From a virus (lineage: Duplodnaviria > Caudoviricetes), in the IMG/VR virus record IMGVR_UViG_3300017989_000388, positions 1-26,984 of that record: DNA of 26,984 bases. One strand, written 5' to 3'. A model generated the notes under the pieces. It did not search any database. It was given only the letters and a program-made list of their open reading frames with translations, and was not told the origin of the DNA. The translations under genes were made by a program, and so were the position numbers. Of the stretch, positions 1 through 9,170 are shown in pieces; position 1 is the first letter of the stretch, and every line of letters starts with the position of its first letter.

Positions 1-1469
1 ACTTCGACCCAACTGGAGCTGCTGTCGTCGTATTTTTCCAGCCAACCAGAAGCGACGTCCTCGGCCGCGTAACCGTCGTCGGTGCTGTTGAGTTTCAAGC
101 CGACAATGTACTTGCCGGTGCGACTGCAAGAGATCTCGTTACTGGAGATCGAGAACGCCGAGTTGGCGTGCTGAACCGTGCCAAGCTCCAGCGTCGACTC
201 GGTGGTCACCGTCTGCCTGTTCGTGGGAGAGGTGTCGAGGTAACACTGCCAAGTCTTCGCCGGTTCGTCCGGTTGGTCGCTGCCGTGGAACATCCGCTCC
301 GGCCCCACGTTGGGCGGTTGCGAGCGTACGCGGGTTGCCCGCTCACTGACCAACACGATGTCTTCGTTGAAGTGCGGCGGCCAAGCGATGACGCCATTGA
401 AAACGTAGTGGTACTGGCATTGGCATTGGTGTCCGAAGTCGAGCGCCAACTGAGTGGCGAGCGTGCTGAGGTCGGAGTTGTTACTTGGCGTCGACCCGGC
501 TGAACAGTTCGCCCAAGCCGCGGAATGAATCCGCTTGGCGAGACTACTGGCGGCCGTATGGCCCTTATTTGTTACACCCGTCGATTGGCTGTAACTGTAA
601 TGTTCGGCGCTCGACCCGGCGGCCGTTTGTTTGCGAAACGAGACATTGACCTGCTCCGGCACACCCCAGACAGACGGATAGGAAAGGTCTTCGCTCGACC
701 CGGCCGCTCCTCCGCTTGGCCGGGTCCACGCGCTGTCGACCTCGGGCATCACGCCGTCGATATTGATTGTCTTGTAAGCCCCGCCGTTACTGAGATCGCC
801 AACCAATCGCTGGCCTACGGAGTAAAGGCAGGCGTCGAGCATCGCAGGAACATTAAAGTCTTCGCGGCCTAACTCGACCGTGCATGGCACGAGGTAGTTG
901 GCGGAGACGGAAGCCACCGTCACATCATCCGGCAGTTGCCCGGTCAACGTGGAAAACAGGGACGACCAAGAGGCGGGAACCGACAGCTCGCCGGTGTGGC
1001 AAAACTGCCAGAAGTAGCGGCCGTCGACAAAGGGAATCAGCCAGCCGTCTTGGGGATCGGAGTCTCCTTCCCCGGTGCAGGTGACCCGCTTTGGCTCCAG
1101 CATATACATCGGCACTTCGATGTAATCGTCTGCCGTGTTGGAGATCCGCAGGGTATGCGGGCCGTCGACCGCCGCCTCTAGTAATTGATCTTTGATCGTA
1201 CTGTCGGCGACCCCGATAAAAGACCCCCAACGCTGAGCGCCGCTGGGCCAGTAGAGGGTGTTGACTTCCGCGGGCTTACACCATTGAGTGTAGTTGATGT
1301 CGCCAAGCGGCATGAAGTAATGGCTATTCTCCGCGTTGCCGCTCATTGAGCCTGTGTCGGTAATTGGCTTTGCCCAGAATGAGATCTCCCCCAAGGGGAA
1401 ATTACCCCGGACCCATTCGGCAAAGGTGGAGTCGTATTGCAACAGGACGATGTCGTTGTAGGAGATCAT
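1..1469 (-). CDS. Tail/baseplate-type structural protein, partial (runs off the left edge, about 489 aa in window)
   Basis: Translated by hand: ATG at 1469 overlaps the GT4 stop (ATGA) and the frame is open to base 1 (MISYNDIVLLQYDSTF...LYWPSGAQRW...WLIPFVDGRYFWQF...NEISCSRTGKYIVGL...). Absent from the ORF track because there is no stop in the window. Product inferred from position at the end of the tail module. Confidence 0.75.
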   Translation of the reverse strand, partial: MISYNDIVLLQYDSTFAEWVRGNFPLGEISFWAKPITDTGSMSGNAENSHYFMPLGDINYTQWCKPAEVNTLYWPSGAQRWGSFIGVADSTIKDQLLEAAVDGPHTLRISNTADDYIEVPMYMLEPKRVTCTGEGDSDPQDGWLIPFVDGRYFWQFCHTGELSVPASWSSLFSTLTGQLPDDVTVASVSANYLVPCTVELGREDFNVPAMLDACLYSVGQRLVGDLSNGGAYKTINIDGVMPEVDSAWTRPSGGAAGSSEDLSYPSVWGVPEQVNVSFRKQTAAGSSAEHYSYSQSTGVTNKGHTAASSLAKRIHSAAWANCSAGSTPSNNSDLSTLATQLALDFGHQCQCQYHYVFNGVIAWPPHFNEDIVLVSERATRVRSQPPNVGPERMFHGSDQPDEPAKTWQCYLDTSPTNRQTVTTESTLELGTVQHANSAFSISSNEISCSRTGKYIVGLKLNSTDDGYAAEDVASGWLEKYDDSSSSWVE

Positions 1470-2449
1470 GCAATCAGCCCGGCAGGCGTGTCGATGTAAG
1501 AGAACGGTCGAGGCGTGCGGCCCGCCATCAGTTCCCGCCAGAGGGCGTAGAACCAACGGCAACGGATCGACCAGTCCCAACTTTGAATGTCTTTGAGCAT
1601 AGAGCGACTAAGTCGCTTACGATGTTCCTTGGCTTTATGTAGGCAGTCGCGGAAGGCTCGTAGGTCGCGGTGGGCGGGGATCAGGCCGTTGCGGTCGTGC
1701 TTGACCAGCTCAGGGATGTTGCCGGTCGGCCAAGCGATGACCACGCAACCGCAGGCGGCCGCCTCCAAAGCGATGTTCGGGGTTCCCTCACAAGGCGACG
1801 GCATCACGAGGTAGGAACCGCTATTGTAGAACCGCCGCATCTCGTCGGGAGAAATTGCGTTGCCGGTGTTCGAGACCTTTAGTTCGACCTCGAAGCCGCG
1901 GTGCGGCATGATTTCTTCGAGATGACAGAGGACGTCGTGATAACCTTTTAGATCGCCTTCCTCAGAACCCTGGTCGATCTTCTTTTCTGACCCGGCCCAG
2001 AGGATCTTGTGGGGTCGCTCCTCGATCGGCCGCTCGGGATAAAAGACGTTGCGGTCGACGCCGTTGCTGATACAACAAGCATGAAACCGCTGCGGCATAA
2101 TGCCGACCCGCGCTTGCGACCAACAGCCGTGATTGTTGACAACCGTGTAGTCGGCGGAAAGCAAACTCTGGGTTAGGTAGTCGTGGCGACGGCCGGGTCC
2201 ACTGTTATGGCTGACGACGAGCGGAACGTCGATCAACGCCTCGTGGAACCAACGGCGGAGCGGTTGGGCGAGATTCGTCGGCAAGCAGTAGATCAGATCG
2301 TACTGTTCCCAGACGATGGCCGTGATGTCGATCTCGTCGTAACAGGCGACGTCGACAGTGAGCCAATCGGGCGCGTAGCGTTGCAGCGCCCTGGCCCTAA
2401 GAGAGAAACACCAATTGTTTGTGTCGGCGACACAGAGAACTCGTTTCAT
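1466..2449 (-). CDS. Glycosyltransferase, GT-B fold, family 4-like
   Basis: ISNGVD..VFYP, then KG, then YLVMPSPCEGTPNIALEAAACGCVVI (E-x7-E motif) and GNIPELVKHDRNGL, typical of Glycos_transf_1/GT4. Confidence 0.88.
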   Translation of the reverse strand: MKRVLCVADTNNWCFSLRARALQRYAPDWLTVDVACYDEIDITAIVWEQYDLIYCLPTNLAQPLRRWFHEALIDVPLVVSHNSGPGRRHDYLTQSLLSADYTVVNNHGCWSQARVGIMPQRFHACCISNGVDRNVFYPERPIEERPHKILWAGSEKKIDQGSEEGDLKGYHDVLCHLEEIMPHRGFEVELKVSNTGNAISPDEMRRFYNSGSYLVMPSPCEGTPNIALEAAACGCVVIAWPTGNIPELVKHDRNGLIPAHRDLRAFRDCLHKAKEHRKRLSRSMLKDIQSWDWSIRCRWFYALWRELMAGRTPRPFSYIDTPAGLIA

Positions 2450-2467
2450 GCTGCTTGCTTGCTTTCA

Positions 2468-2989
2468 TTAAGAGAGATCCCAATCGAAGCTGAGGGCGAA
2501 AGAGATCGCGAGGGTGTACCAGCCTTCCCCGAACTCACTATTGACAAGCTCCAACGGGGGTGAGGCGGAGACGGGGCGGGGTTGATCGCGGAGAATCGGA
2601 TCCCCGGTGTAAGTTGTCGGCTCCCAATTACTGGCGACTAGGGCTTTGAGGACGTTCAACTTGAGAACCTTCAGTAGTCCCAATCGCTCACTGAGGACAA
2701 CCTTGTCGATGCGGCCGGGCTGATCCTGGAAGCAGCGGCGGAAGATCGTCACCGTCAAGTCCAGTTCCTCGTTCAGTACGCTCGCCCCGCCGCCGGCAAA
2801 GAACGGCTCGGGAAACTGACTGTTCCCCAGCGAGATCGTACAGAAGGGTTCGCCGGGCGGCACCTTGGTTGGGATCGGCGCATCGCAGATAAAGCAACTG
2901 CCGTCGTCGCCAAACTCCTCGATCTGATCTTGCAGACGGGTTCTAAACGCCTCCAAGATCGTATCAAGGGTCGTGTAGGTAGCGCCCAT
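2468..2989 (-). CDS. Putative tail terminator/completion protein
   Basis: 173 aa: N-terminal helix (ILEAFRTRLQDQ), beta strands and terminal alternating strand YTLAISFALSFDW, as in lambda gpU/Mu gp37-type proteins. SD GGAGG upstream. Confidence 0.5.
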   Translation of the reverse strand: MGATYTTLDTILEAFRTRLQDQIEEFGDDGSCFICDAPIPTKVPPGEPFCTISLGNSQFPEPFFAGGGASVLNEELDLTVTIFRRCFQDQPGRIDKVVLSERLGLLKVLKLNVLKALVASNWEPTTYTGDPILRDQPRPVSASPPLELVNSEFGEGWYTLAISFALSFDWDLS

Positions 2990-3020
2990 CGGTTCGCCTC
3001 CTGCCTGCTAAAACATCGGC

Positions 3021-3245
3021 TTACGAGTAGTCGGCAACCGTATCGGCCACGAGCAACGCCAGTTCGAGGATGTGTTCCTGCACCTGGACGTACTCCGGCT
3101 CGTTGACGTCCTTGCCGGCCTGCGTGACGAGCTGTGCTTTGACGGCCGTCTCGAAAGTCGTGAACGCCGACGAGAGATTGGTCCGCACGCTGTCGGTGTC
3201 GGAAGCCTTGGCGAGGGCGTGTGTGAGTCGCTGAGCAAAAGTCAT
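3021..3245 (-). CDS. Hypothetical helical protein, 74 aa
   Basis: Fits the operon spacing, AGGAG SD upstream, plausible amphipathic helices. Confidence 0.7.
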   Translation of the reverse strand: MTFAQRLTHALAKASDTDSVRTNLSSAFTTFETAVKAQLVTQAGKDVNEPEYVQVQEHILELALLVADTVADYS

Positions 3246-3254
3246 GTCTTACTC

Positions 3255-4898
3255 CTAAGTAATGAGACTGTCGTTGATTGTTTCACTGCCGCTGCTGTCT
3301 GACGGCAATAGGGTGTTTCCGTTGACGAAGCCGTTGCGGTAGAACCACTCTTGGAAACCACCGGCGCGGTCGTTGGTGACGACGATCGTCCACTTATCTT
3401 GCGGGGCGAAGTCTGTCTGCCCGGCAAAGGCCGCCACCAGAGGGCCGCCTGTGTAAAGCTGCACGCCTTGCACCAGCGAACAGTCGTCGATGTAGACCGA
3501 AGCCGTGTTGCTGACGGCCGTCTTGATTTTGATTTGTAGGTAAACGATCGTCGGCAGGACGTTGGGAGTCTGGAACCAACCGCCGACCGCGGTGAACTCG
3601 CTGGTCGAGAGGTCGCCGCCGGACGTCGGGTCGATCAGAATACTGTTATCGACCCCCTGCACGTTATCGATGATCGTACCGGCCCCGTCGACTAAATTGA
3701 TCTCCAGTTGTCCAGCGGCCGGATAACTGTCGACCTTCATAAAGGCGTTGAAGCAGTAGGCGGTGCGGGGGTCGAGTTCGACCCGTTGCCGGATCGCCGT
3801 TAGTTCGCTGCCATTGCTATCAAAAATGACCGCCTTGTCGCGGTAGACATGGCTCGTACCGGCGGTCGTCTGAGCGTGGGCGATGCTGCCCGTGTCGAAC
3901 GTGTTTGTACTGGTCAAGAGACCGATATTGCCGGGCGGGTCGAGACCCTCGAAAGTGATTGTGTGCGTGTAGTTGGGGGATGTGCCGCTGGTGCTGACCG
4001 TGACGTTTTCCAGGCCAACCAGTCTGCGTAGGGCGGTTTGCACGGCCGCTTGTCCGGCGTCGTAGTCGATCGGGGCGGTCAACTGCTCGTCGCTGTCGAC
4101 ACTGGTGTATTTAAGGACGTAAGTCCCCTCCGTCGGGGTGCCGCTGATCGTGACCGTCTGCACCTCGTAGTCGCTCATCAGGATCGTGGTGCCGATCGTG
4201 CCGGTTTCGATCACCCAGTCATCGGGGGTATTGGCGCGGTCGTCCTCGTCGTCCATGCCGCCGTTGGAGAGTAAGCCGCCCCCGCTGGTCACACCGAGCG
4301 TAGTCTTGGACCCCGATCCATCCGGCCAGAGTTGCGAAAGCGTACCGGCCGCCTGCTCGCCCTGCAATCGCAGTTGATTCCCCTTGGAGTTGGCGACCGT
4401 GACTTCAATATCTTCGGCGTAGGCGATCTCGGTGTGCCTTGCGTTGCCTTGCGTGACACTACAACGCAGCACGCCGTCGCCGGTATTGCCGCTGTCGGCT
4501 GTGGCGGTTGCCGTGGCGGTCGAGCGGTCGACGCTGTCGTCCGGGCTGGTTTCGCCGCCCGAGCCTTCAAGCTGGTTGATAAGCTCGCCGATGGCGTTGC
4601 CGAGCGACTTGGATGGCAGCGGATTGTCGGCATGTACCATCTCGATAATCAGATCGCCCGCTTGTCTCTGGCAGGCGTCCAGGGCGGTGCTGTCTTCCTG
4701 CCAGGACTGGATCGAACTGGCGAAATTATTGAGCAAGTTGGCGTAATCGAGGGTGTCCGGCAGTTCCTCGACGGCGTCGACTACATCCTGGGCGTTGGAG
4801 GAGATGGCGGCCTGCTTGGTGACGACGTCATCCTGAAGGCCAAAAATCTGGCCTAGAATCGTGAACAGTCCCCCAGCTCCGGTGAGTGTAACTGCCAT
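3255..4898 (-). CDS. Tail-associated protein with CBM4/9-like jelly-roll and an inserted beta-rich domain
   Basis: LLSNGGMD..PDDW...IRQRVEL.PRTAYCFNAFMK...VYIDDCSL resembles CBM_4_9. EVQTVTISGTPTEGTYVLKY..TAPIDYDAGQAAVQTAL is a motif seen in phage tail proteins. Confidence 0.6.
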   Translation of the reverse strand: MAVTLTGAGGLFTILGQIFGLQDDVVTKQAAISSNAQDVVDAVEELPDTLDYANLLNNFASSIQSWQEDSTALDACQRQAGDLIIEMVHADNPLPSKSLGNAIGELINQLEGSGGETSPDDSVDRSTATATATADSGNTGDGVLRCSVTQGNARHTEIAYAEDIEVTVANSKGNQLRLQGEQAAGTLSQLWPDGSGSKTTLGVTSGGGLLSNGGMDDEDDRANTPDDWVIETGTIGTTILMSDYEVQTVTISGTPTEGTYVLKYTSVDSDEQLTAPIDYDAGQAAVQTALRRLVGLENVTVSTSGTSPNYTHTITFEGLDPPGNIGLLTSTNTFDTGSIAHAQTTAGTSHVYRDKAVIFDSNGSELTAIRQRVELDPRTAYCFNAFMKVDSYPAAGQLEINLVDGAGTIIDNVQGVDNSILIDPTSGGDLSTSEFTAVGGWFQTPNVLPTIVYLQIKIKTAVSNTASVYIDDCSLVQGVQLYTGGPLVAAFAGQTDFAPQDKWTIVVTNDRAGGFQEWFYRNGFVNGNTLLPSDSSGSETINDSLIT

Positions 4899-4900
4899 GG

Positions 4901-6688
4901 TTAATCATCCCCGAACATTGAGTTGAGTGACTGGTAGGTGACGTTGATTGCCTGACTGGCTGCTTCCTGGGCGGTATCGAATGCTTCCTGCGCCGTCTTC
5001 CAGGCTTCCCCGTCGGCGATCCAAGGCGGCAGGACCGCTTCTAGTTGTTCGTCCTCAGTCAGCGACCGTGAGAGCGAATAGGTGGCCCGGATGATGAGTT
5101 GAAACTTCGACTGCACGCCATCGGCGTCGGTGCCGCGATTGATCGGCGTCTTCGTGCAGTCGATCAGTGTTTCGGTGACACCCGCCGTGTTCTTGCGGGT
5201 TTGCGGCAGGGCGGGATGTTCCGGCGGCGCACCCAAGCGGATCAGATTAATCTTGTAGTGCTTGTAGGTTACGCCGCTGGTAACCTTGATCGTCTTGACC
5301 GTGTCTTCCTTCGAGTCGACGCTTTGCAGTTCACCGCCGGCCGCGATCGGCAGCGGGATCTTGCCTTGGTCGGTCGTGTAGTGAACCATCATCGTCGAGC
5401 GCTGCGGATCGTACATCCCCTTCTGCTGCGTCTCGTTGTCGATCTGGTTGCCGTCGCGGTACTGGGGATCTTGGTTGACCTGTTCCTGTGTTAGGTCACC
5501 GTAGCCGGTTTCGGTATCGGGCTGATCGTCGCTCTGCTCGCTACTCTGTCCGGTAGCCGCGGGGATTCTTTTGATGGCGTGGTCGCCGCCGCAGGGGGAC
5601 TGCAGGTAGCAAGTTAAAGCAAGGCCGGGACTGCCAGCCGGGAAGTCAGCCTGCTGCCAGCGCTTTTTGTCGTAGTCTTTGATGCTCTCGAACTTCAGCG
5701 GCACGCCGATTTTCTTAACGATCTCCTCTTTGTAGTCCTCTACGGCGAGAAGATGTCGTACCCGGCAACGCAACTCGACAGTGTTCTCATGGAGGCTCTC
5801 CATTAAGGTGAACTCCTCCAGAAACGCTTTCGTTTTGTCTTTTAGGGCTGGGATTTTCTGAACGGCGATCTCACCGGCGTGAAACGCCAGTGTCTTCCGG
5901 CTGGCGTCCGGGTGACCTTTGAGGCGGATGTTTAGGTAGGCGTGTTGCAAGCCGCCGCCGCCCTTGACCGTCTCGGTGTACGTGCCGGACCAACTGACTG
6001 CCGGCCAGGGCGGTGCCTCATGTCCCTGCTTATCAAGAATCGAGTAGCGGAGCGTGAGACCGTCCTTCGAGGAAACGACGCGGATGTGATGCCGCTTGTA
6101 GCCCTTTTGCAGGGTTGGTATCACCGCGTCCCGGAAAGCCAGCGGACTGCCGACGTTGGCGTTGCGGAGCCGCAATACGCCCTCGATTTGCAGCGAGAGC
6201 GCCATGTCCTCGTCGCGCGACTCCTCGACGCTCCAGCGGTTGTTGAGGATGTTGGGGTTCCCGGATGAATACTGCACGGAGTCTTCGGCGTGGCAGCGTA
6301 GGATGGCGACCTTAATCGAATACTCGCAGACCGCCGAATTGCTGCCCATTACCCGCACCACCTTGAAGCTGAGCGGGGTGGGGCCGTTGTTGCAGTCGTT
6401 CTCCTGGTCGCTGAACAGAACTTTAAAGCCGTTGATCGAAAAATGAAACGACTTCCGCTTGAGCATCAAGGCCGATTCGAGATGCTGAATCGACGACATG
6501 AAGCTGCTCGACCCGCTGTAGCCGTGGATCAACTCCTTGTCGGATTGGTGAACGACAAAGGAAACGCGGATCGTGAACTCGTGATAGAGGGCGTCGGTGC
6601 CGGACTCGTCTTCGACCACCCGCTCGTCGAAGTCGAGGGTCGTGACGTTCGTCAGTTCAATGTTATTGTAGGTTAAGTTGGTTCCCAT
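4901..6688 (-). CDS. Putative tail tip/baseplate hub protein, 595 aa
   Basis: Long beta-rich ORF directly after the tape-measure position. No family recognised; function from synteny only. Confidence 0.5.
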   Translation of the reverse strand: MGTNLTYNNIELTNVTTLDFDERVVEDESGTDALYHEFTIRVSFVVHQSDKELIHGYSGSSSFMSSIQHLESALMLKRKSFHFSINGFKVLFSDQENDCNNGPTPLSFKVVRVMGSNSAVCEYSIKVAILRCHAEDSVQYSSGNPNILNNRWSVEESRDEDMALSLQIEGVLRLRNANVGSPLAFRDAVIPTLQKGYKRHHIRVVSSKDGLTLRYSILDKQGHEAPPWPAVSWSGTYTETVKGGGGLQHAYLNIRLKGHPDASRKTLAFHAGEIAVQKIPALKDKTKAFLEEFTLMESLHENTVELRCRVRHLLAVEDYKEEIVKKIGVPLKFESIKDYDKKRWQQADFPAGSPGLALTCYLQSPCGGDHAIKRIPAATGQSSEQSDDQPDTETGYGDLTQEQVNQDPQYRDGNQIDNETQQKGMYDPQRSTMMVHYTTDQGKIPLPIAAGGELQSVDSKEDTVKTIKVTSGVTYKHYKINLIRLGAPPEHPALPQTRKNTAGVTETLIDCTKTPINRGTDADGVQSKFQLIIRATYSLSRSLTEDEQLEAVLPPWIADGEAWKTAQEAFDTAQEAASQAINVTYQSLNSMFGDD

Positions 6689-7443
6689 TAGTCACCACCC
6701 CTCCAGGGGTCACCGCCGATCGGTAGGCCGCCGATGTAGTCGAGGACTCGCTTGACGTGGTTCTTAGCTGTCTCGCGTTCCTCTTGGGCGATTTGATCTT
6801 CTACTGTCTCGTCGATATTGCGTTCCTCGGCAGCTAGGTCGAGCAGGAATTGCTGCTGCGGCGGCATTCCATCTTCGTCTTTTTCTTTCTTACGGGTATT
6901 CTTTTCGATGCCGGTCAATAGGTTGACTTGCTCCCAGAACGTCGCCTTGGCGTTTGCCATAAAGCCGGTTGTCGTGTTAAGCATGTTCTGGAATAGGTTT
7001 TGAGCGGGTCGCTGGGCTTCCTCTAATCGGTTCTGTGCCTCGGCCGCATACTTCGTCGACTCGGCGGTCACCTGCCCCGTCTTGATGTCCCGTTGCACGC
7101 GGCCGACTTCAAGCCGTTGCATCGAGGCGGCGATCGTGCCGTTGTAGTTGGCGAACCGCCGCTGACTCTCGACCACCTGCTTGTTGAGCTTGGCGAAGTG
7201 GTTGGCGGTCGCCAGCACCGCCCCGGTTAAACCGGCCATCGCCAGCCCGGCGGCGGCTGCTTCGGACGCCCCGGAAGCGACTCCGCGGGCGCTGGTGTCG
7301 TTGTCGTCGCCTTGGTCGTCGGGTCGCTGGGCGGCTGCCGCCATCATGCCCTGCGCCATCTGACCGCCTCTGCGAGCGCTCGACTGAACGCCTTCGCTGA
7401 GCGTCATCCTGCCAAGGAATCGTCCTATTGCGGCGACTGACAT
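6688..7443 (-). CDS. Short tape-measure-like protein, 251 aa
   Basis: Directly follows the chaperone frameshift pair; Ala/Gly-rich hydrophobic stretch (AAAAGLAMAGLTGAVLATA) then a long helical segment. Confidence 0.55.
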   Translation of the reverse strand: MSVAAIGRFLGRMTLSEGVQSSARRGGQMAQGMMAAAAQRPDDQGDDNDTSARGVASGASEAAAAGLAMAGLTGAVLATANHFAKLNKQVVESQRRFANYNGTIAASMQRLEVGRVQRDIKTGQVTAESTKYAAEAQNRLEEAQRPAQNLFQNMLNTTTGFMANAKATFWEQVNLLTGIEKNTRKKEKDEDGMPPQQQFLLDLAAEERNIDETVEDQIAQEERETAKNHVKRVLDYIGGLPIGGDPWRGGD

Positions 7444-7450
7444 GCTGTTC

Positions 7451-7749
7451 CTAAGTTCTGTTCATCTCGGCCTGGGCCAACTTAGATCGCATCACGGCTT
7501 GGGTGGCAAGGAATTTACCCCAGCCCTCGCTGTCGGTGCGGGCGTAATACAGATCCTCGGGGGCGTGGCCGCCATGGGCCGTGTCATGGGCTGCTAGGCT
7601 TCCTTGGAAGACGGCGTCGGCAAGTCGCAGGATCCCTCGTCCGCGGAGCATGTAGAGGGCGTAGTAGCGTTCGTAGTCTGTGCGCTCGATTCGCCGGATG
7701 TCGCAGCCGTAGAGGGCGCACATGTCGGCGAAGGCTTGGTGTTTTTTTT
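7451..7749 (-). CDS. Tail assembly chaperone GT, post-frameshift segment
   Basis: Open frame is -1 relative to 7594..8094 and is entered at the A9-C run (KKKHQAFADMCALYG...). No convincing start of its own. Confidence 0.7.
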
Positions 7750-8094
7750 TACTAGACCCGCGTATTCCCAATACGCCGAAAACAACTCGATCACATCGAG
7801 CGTCGGCAGGCCGCCGGTCTCCTCATTCCAGTCGTCCAGGCCGAAGGCGCGGCGGGTAGCGCGGACGATGATGTCCGTAGCGTTCTTGCGGAGAGCCGTC
7901 TCCTCCTCGGATGGTTCGCGGTCCTCGGGGAGCGGGTTGAGAAACTCGGGATGGACGTCGCCCCGGTACTCGGGGTCGTCGTCGAACCGATAAGCGATGA
8001 GGACGGGATCGGCTTCGCGGAAGCGGTGACCGTCAAAGAATCGAAAGATGGAGCGGCGGCGCTTTGCTCGCCACTGCCGGAACCATTGGAACAT
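7594..8094 (-). CDS. Tail assembly chaperone G
   Basis: Between tail tube and tape measure; contains GLVKKN slippery site; the residues after the site are Ser/Thr-rich overlap-type sequence. Confidence 0.72.
   Translation of the reverse strand: MFQWFRQWRAKRRRSIFRFFDGHRFREADPVLIAYRFDDDPEYRGDVHPEFLNPLPEDREPSEEETALRKNATDIIVRATRRAFGLDDWNEETGGLPTLDVIELFSAYWEYAGLVKKNTKPSPTCAPSTAATSGESSAQTTNATTPSTCSADEGSCDLPTPSSKEA
7741..7750 (-). promoter_or_regulatory. Programmed -1 ribosomal frameshift slippery site (GTA AAA AAA AAC)
   Basis: Plus strand gttttttttt = minus AAAAAAAAAC. Fits X XXY YYZ in the G frame, and the -1 frame stays open to 7451. Confidence 0.78.
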
Positions 8095-8111
8095 CTGCTT
8101 GCCTCATGTTC

Positions 8112-8618
8112 TTACTGGTCGGTGACCGTGGTGTCGAAGATCAGGCCCGAGCTGGGGTTGCGGTGGGCGACGAAGGAAAACATCGCGGGCGTGAACTTCG
8201 TGCCGATCGGTTCGTCGATCGCGTCCACGAGTTGACAAATCGGGAAGTTGAGCGGGTTGTTGGAGTTGGCGATCACCACGCGGATATACTGCTGGTCTTG
8301 AATCAGGAGCTTGCCGATGTCGTCGGTGGCGATCAAACCGGGACCGCCGATCGCATCCTTGACGCGGGTCTTTAGCTGCTTGAAGACGTCGGCGTCGTAC
8401 TGCGACAATTCGATTCGGCAGTTGATGACGCGGCCCAGGAACTGCATGTCGATCGGGGGGCCTTCGGGACCGCCATGGATGTCGCCCGGCACATCGTGCC
8501 AGTAGGACTGATCCGAGACGTCGGTCATGTCGAGCGTGTAGCCGAGCGTGGTCAGCGAACCGCCGTACCACTGCACCTTGACGGTGTTGTAACCAGCCCG
8601 TTGAATCTGCACTGCCAT
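8112..8618 (-). CDS. Probable tail tube protein
   Basis: 168 aa beta-rich, N-terminal LGYT.D motif as in many tube proteins, located between adaptor and chaperones. Confidence 0.6.
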   Translation of the reverse strand: MAVQIQRAGYNTVKVQWYGGSLTTLGYTLDMTDVSDQSYWHDVPGDIHGGPEGPPIDMQFLGRVINCRIELSQYDADVFKQLKTRVKDAIGGPGLIATDDIGKLLIQDQQYIRVVIANSNNPLNFPICQLVDAIDEPIGTKFTPAMFSFVAHRNPSSGLIFDTTVTDQ

Positions 8619-8620
8619 GA

Positions 8621-9136
8621 TTAACCTCGGTCGGTGGGTAGTCGCGTTTCCACGCGGGGAACGAGATTGCCACCCAAGCGAGTTGAGAGACAGTTCATCC
8701 GTTCGTAGGTCACGCTACTCGGCCCGTCGATCGTCGGCAGCGAAGCGTTCAGCTCGGCGTCGAGGTTGAACATGTCGACGCCCTGCTGCAACCTCGTTAA
8801 GTAGCGCTCGCGAATCGACTCGTAGCGTTCGTACAAGTCGTTGCTGTAGCCTGGGTTCCTTTCGAGTAGGAACGCCAGCGCGATTTCACAAGTCATCCGT
8901 TTGAGGAGATTCTGCGAACTGCCGGTCAACGCTTCGAGTTGGTCGGGCGTGTACCGCCTGCCGACAACCAGTGCGGCGTCAATGACCGCACTGGCGTCGG
9001 CAAGGGCAGCAAGCAGCTTGGCGTCGGTCAGCAAGGCCGCCGATTCCGGCCGGTCACCCGTATCGGTCACCAGATCCATCAAGGTCTGCTCCCGAATACG
9101 GGTCACCATGTCCGAACTAGAGGCGTAGCTTGCCAC
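8621..9136 (-). CDS. Head-tail adaptor, Mu gp36/DUF1320-like
   Basis: SYASSSDM...ALADASAVIDAAL..RY...LLKRMTCEIA...RYE...YLTRLQQG matches the gp36 pattern; follows the capsid gene. Confidence 0.85.
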   Translation of the reverse strand: MASYASSSDMVTRIREQTLMDLVTDTGDRPESAALLTDAKLLAALADASAVIDAALVVGRRYTPDQLEALTGSSQNLLKRMTCEIALAFLLERNPGYSNDLYERYESIRERYLTRLQQGVDMFNLDAELNASLPTIDGPSSVTYERMNCLSTRLGGNLVPRVETRLPTDRG

Positions 9137-9170
9137 CGACTGTCTCCTGATAGCTCACATAAAGTGAACT

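Noticed and set aside
490-704. Three copies of tcgacccggc
   Set aside because: Short, irregularly spaced, explained by AGS codons in the CDS; not a CRISPR array or operator set.
8104-8673. 189-aa alternative minus-strand ORF over the tail tube gene
   Set aside because: Arg/His-rich off-frame translation; 8112..8618 fits the operon spacing.
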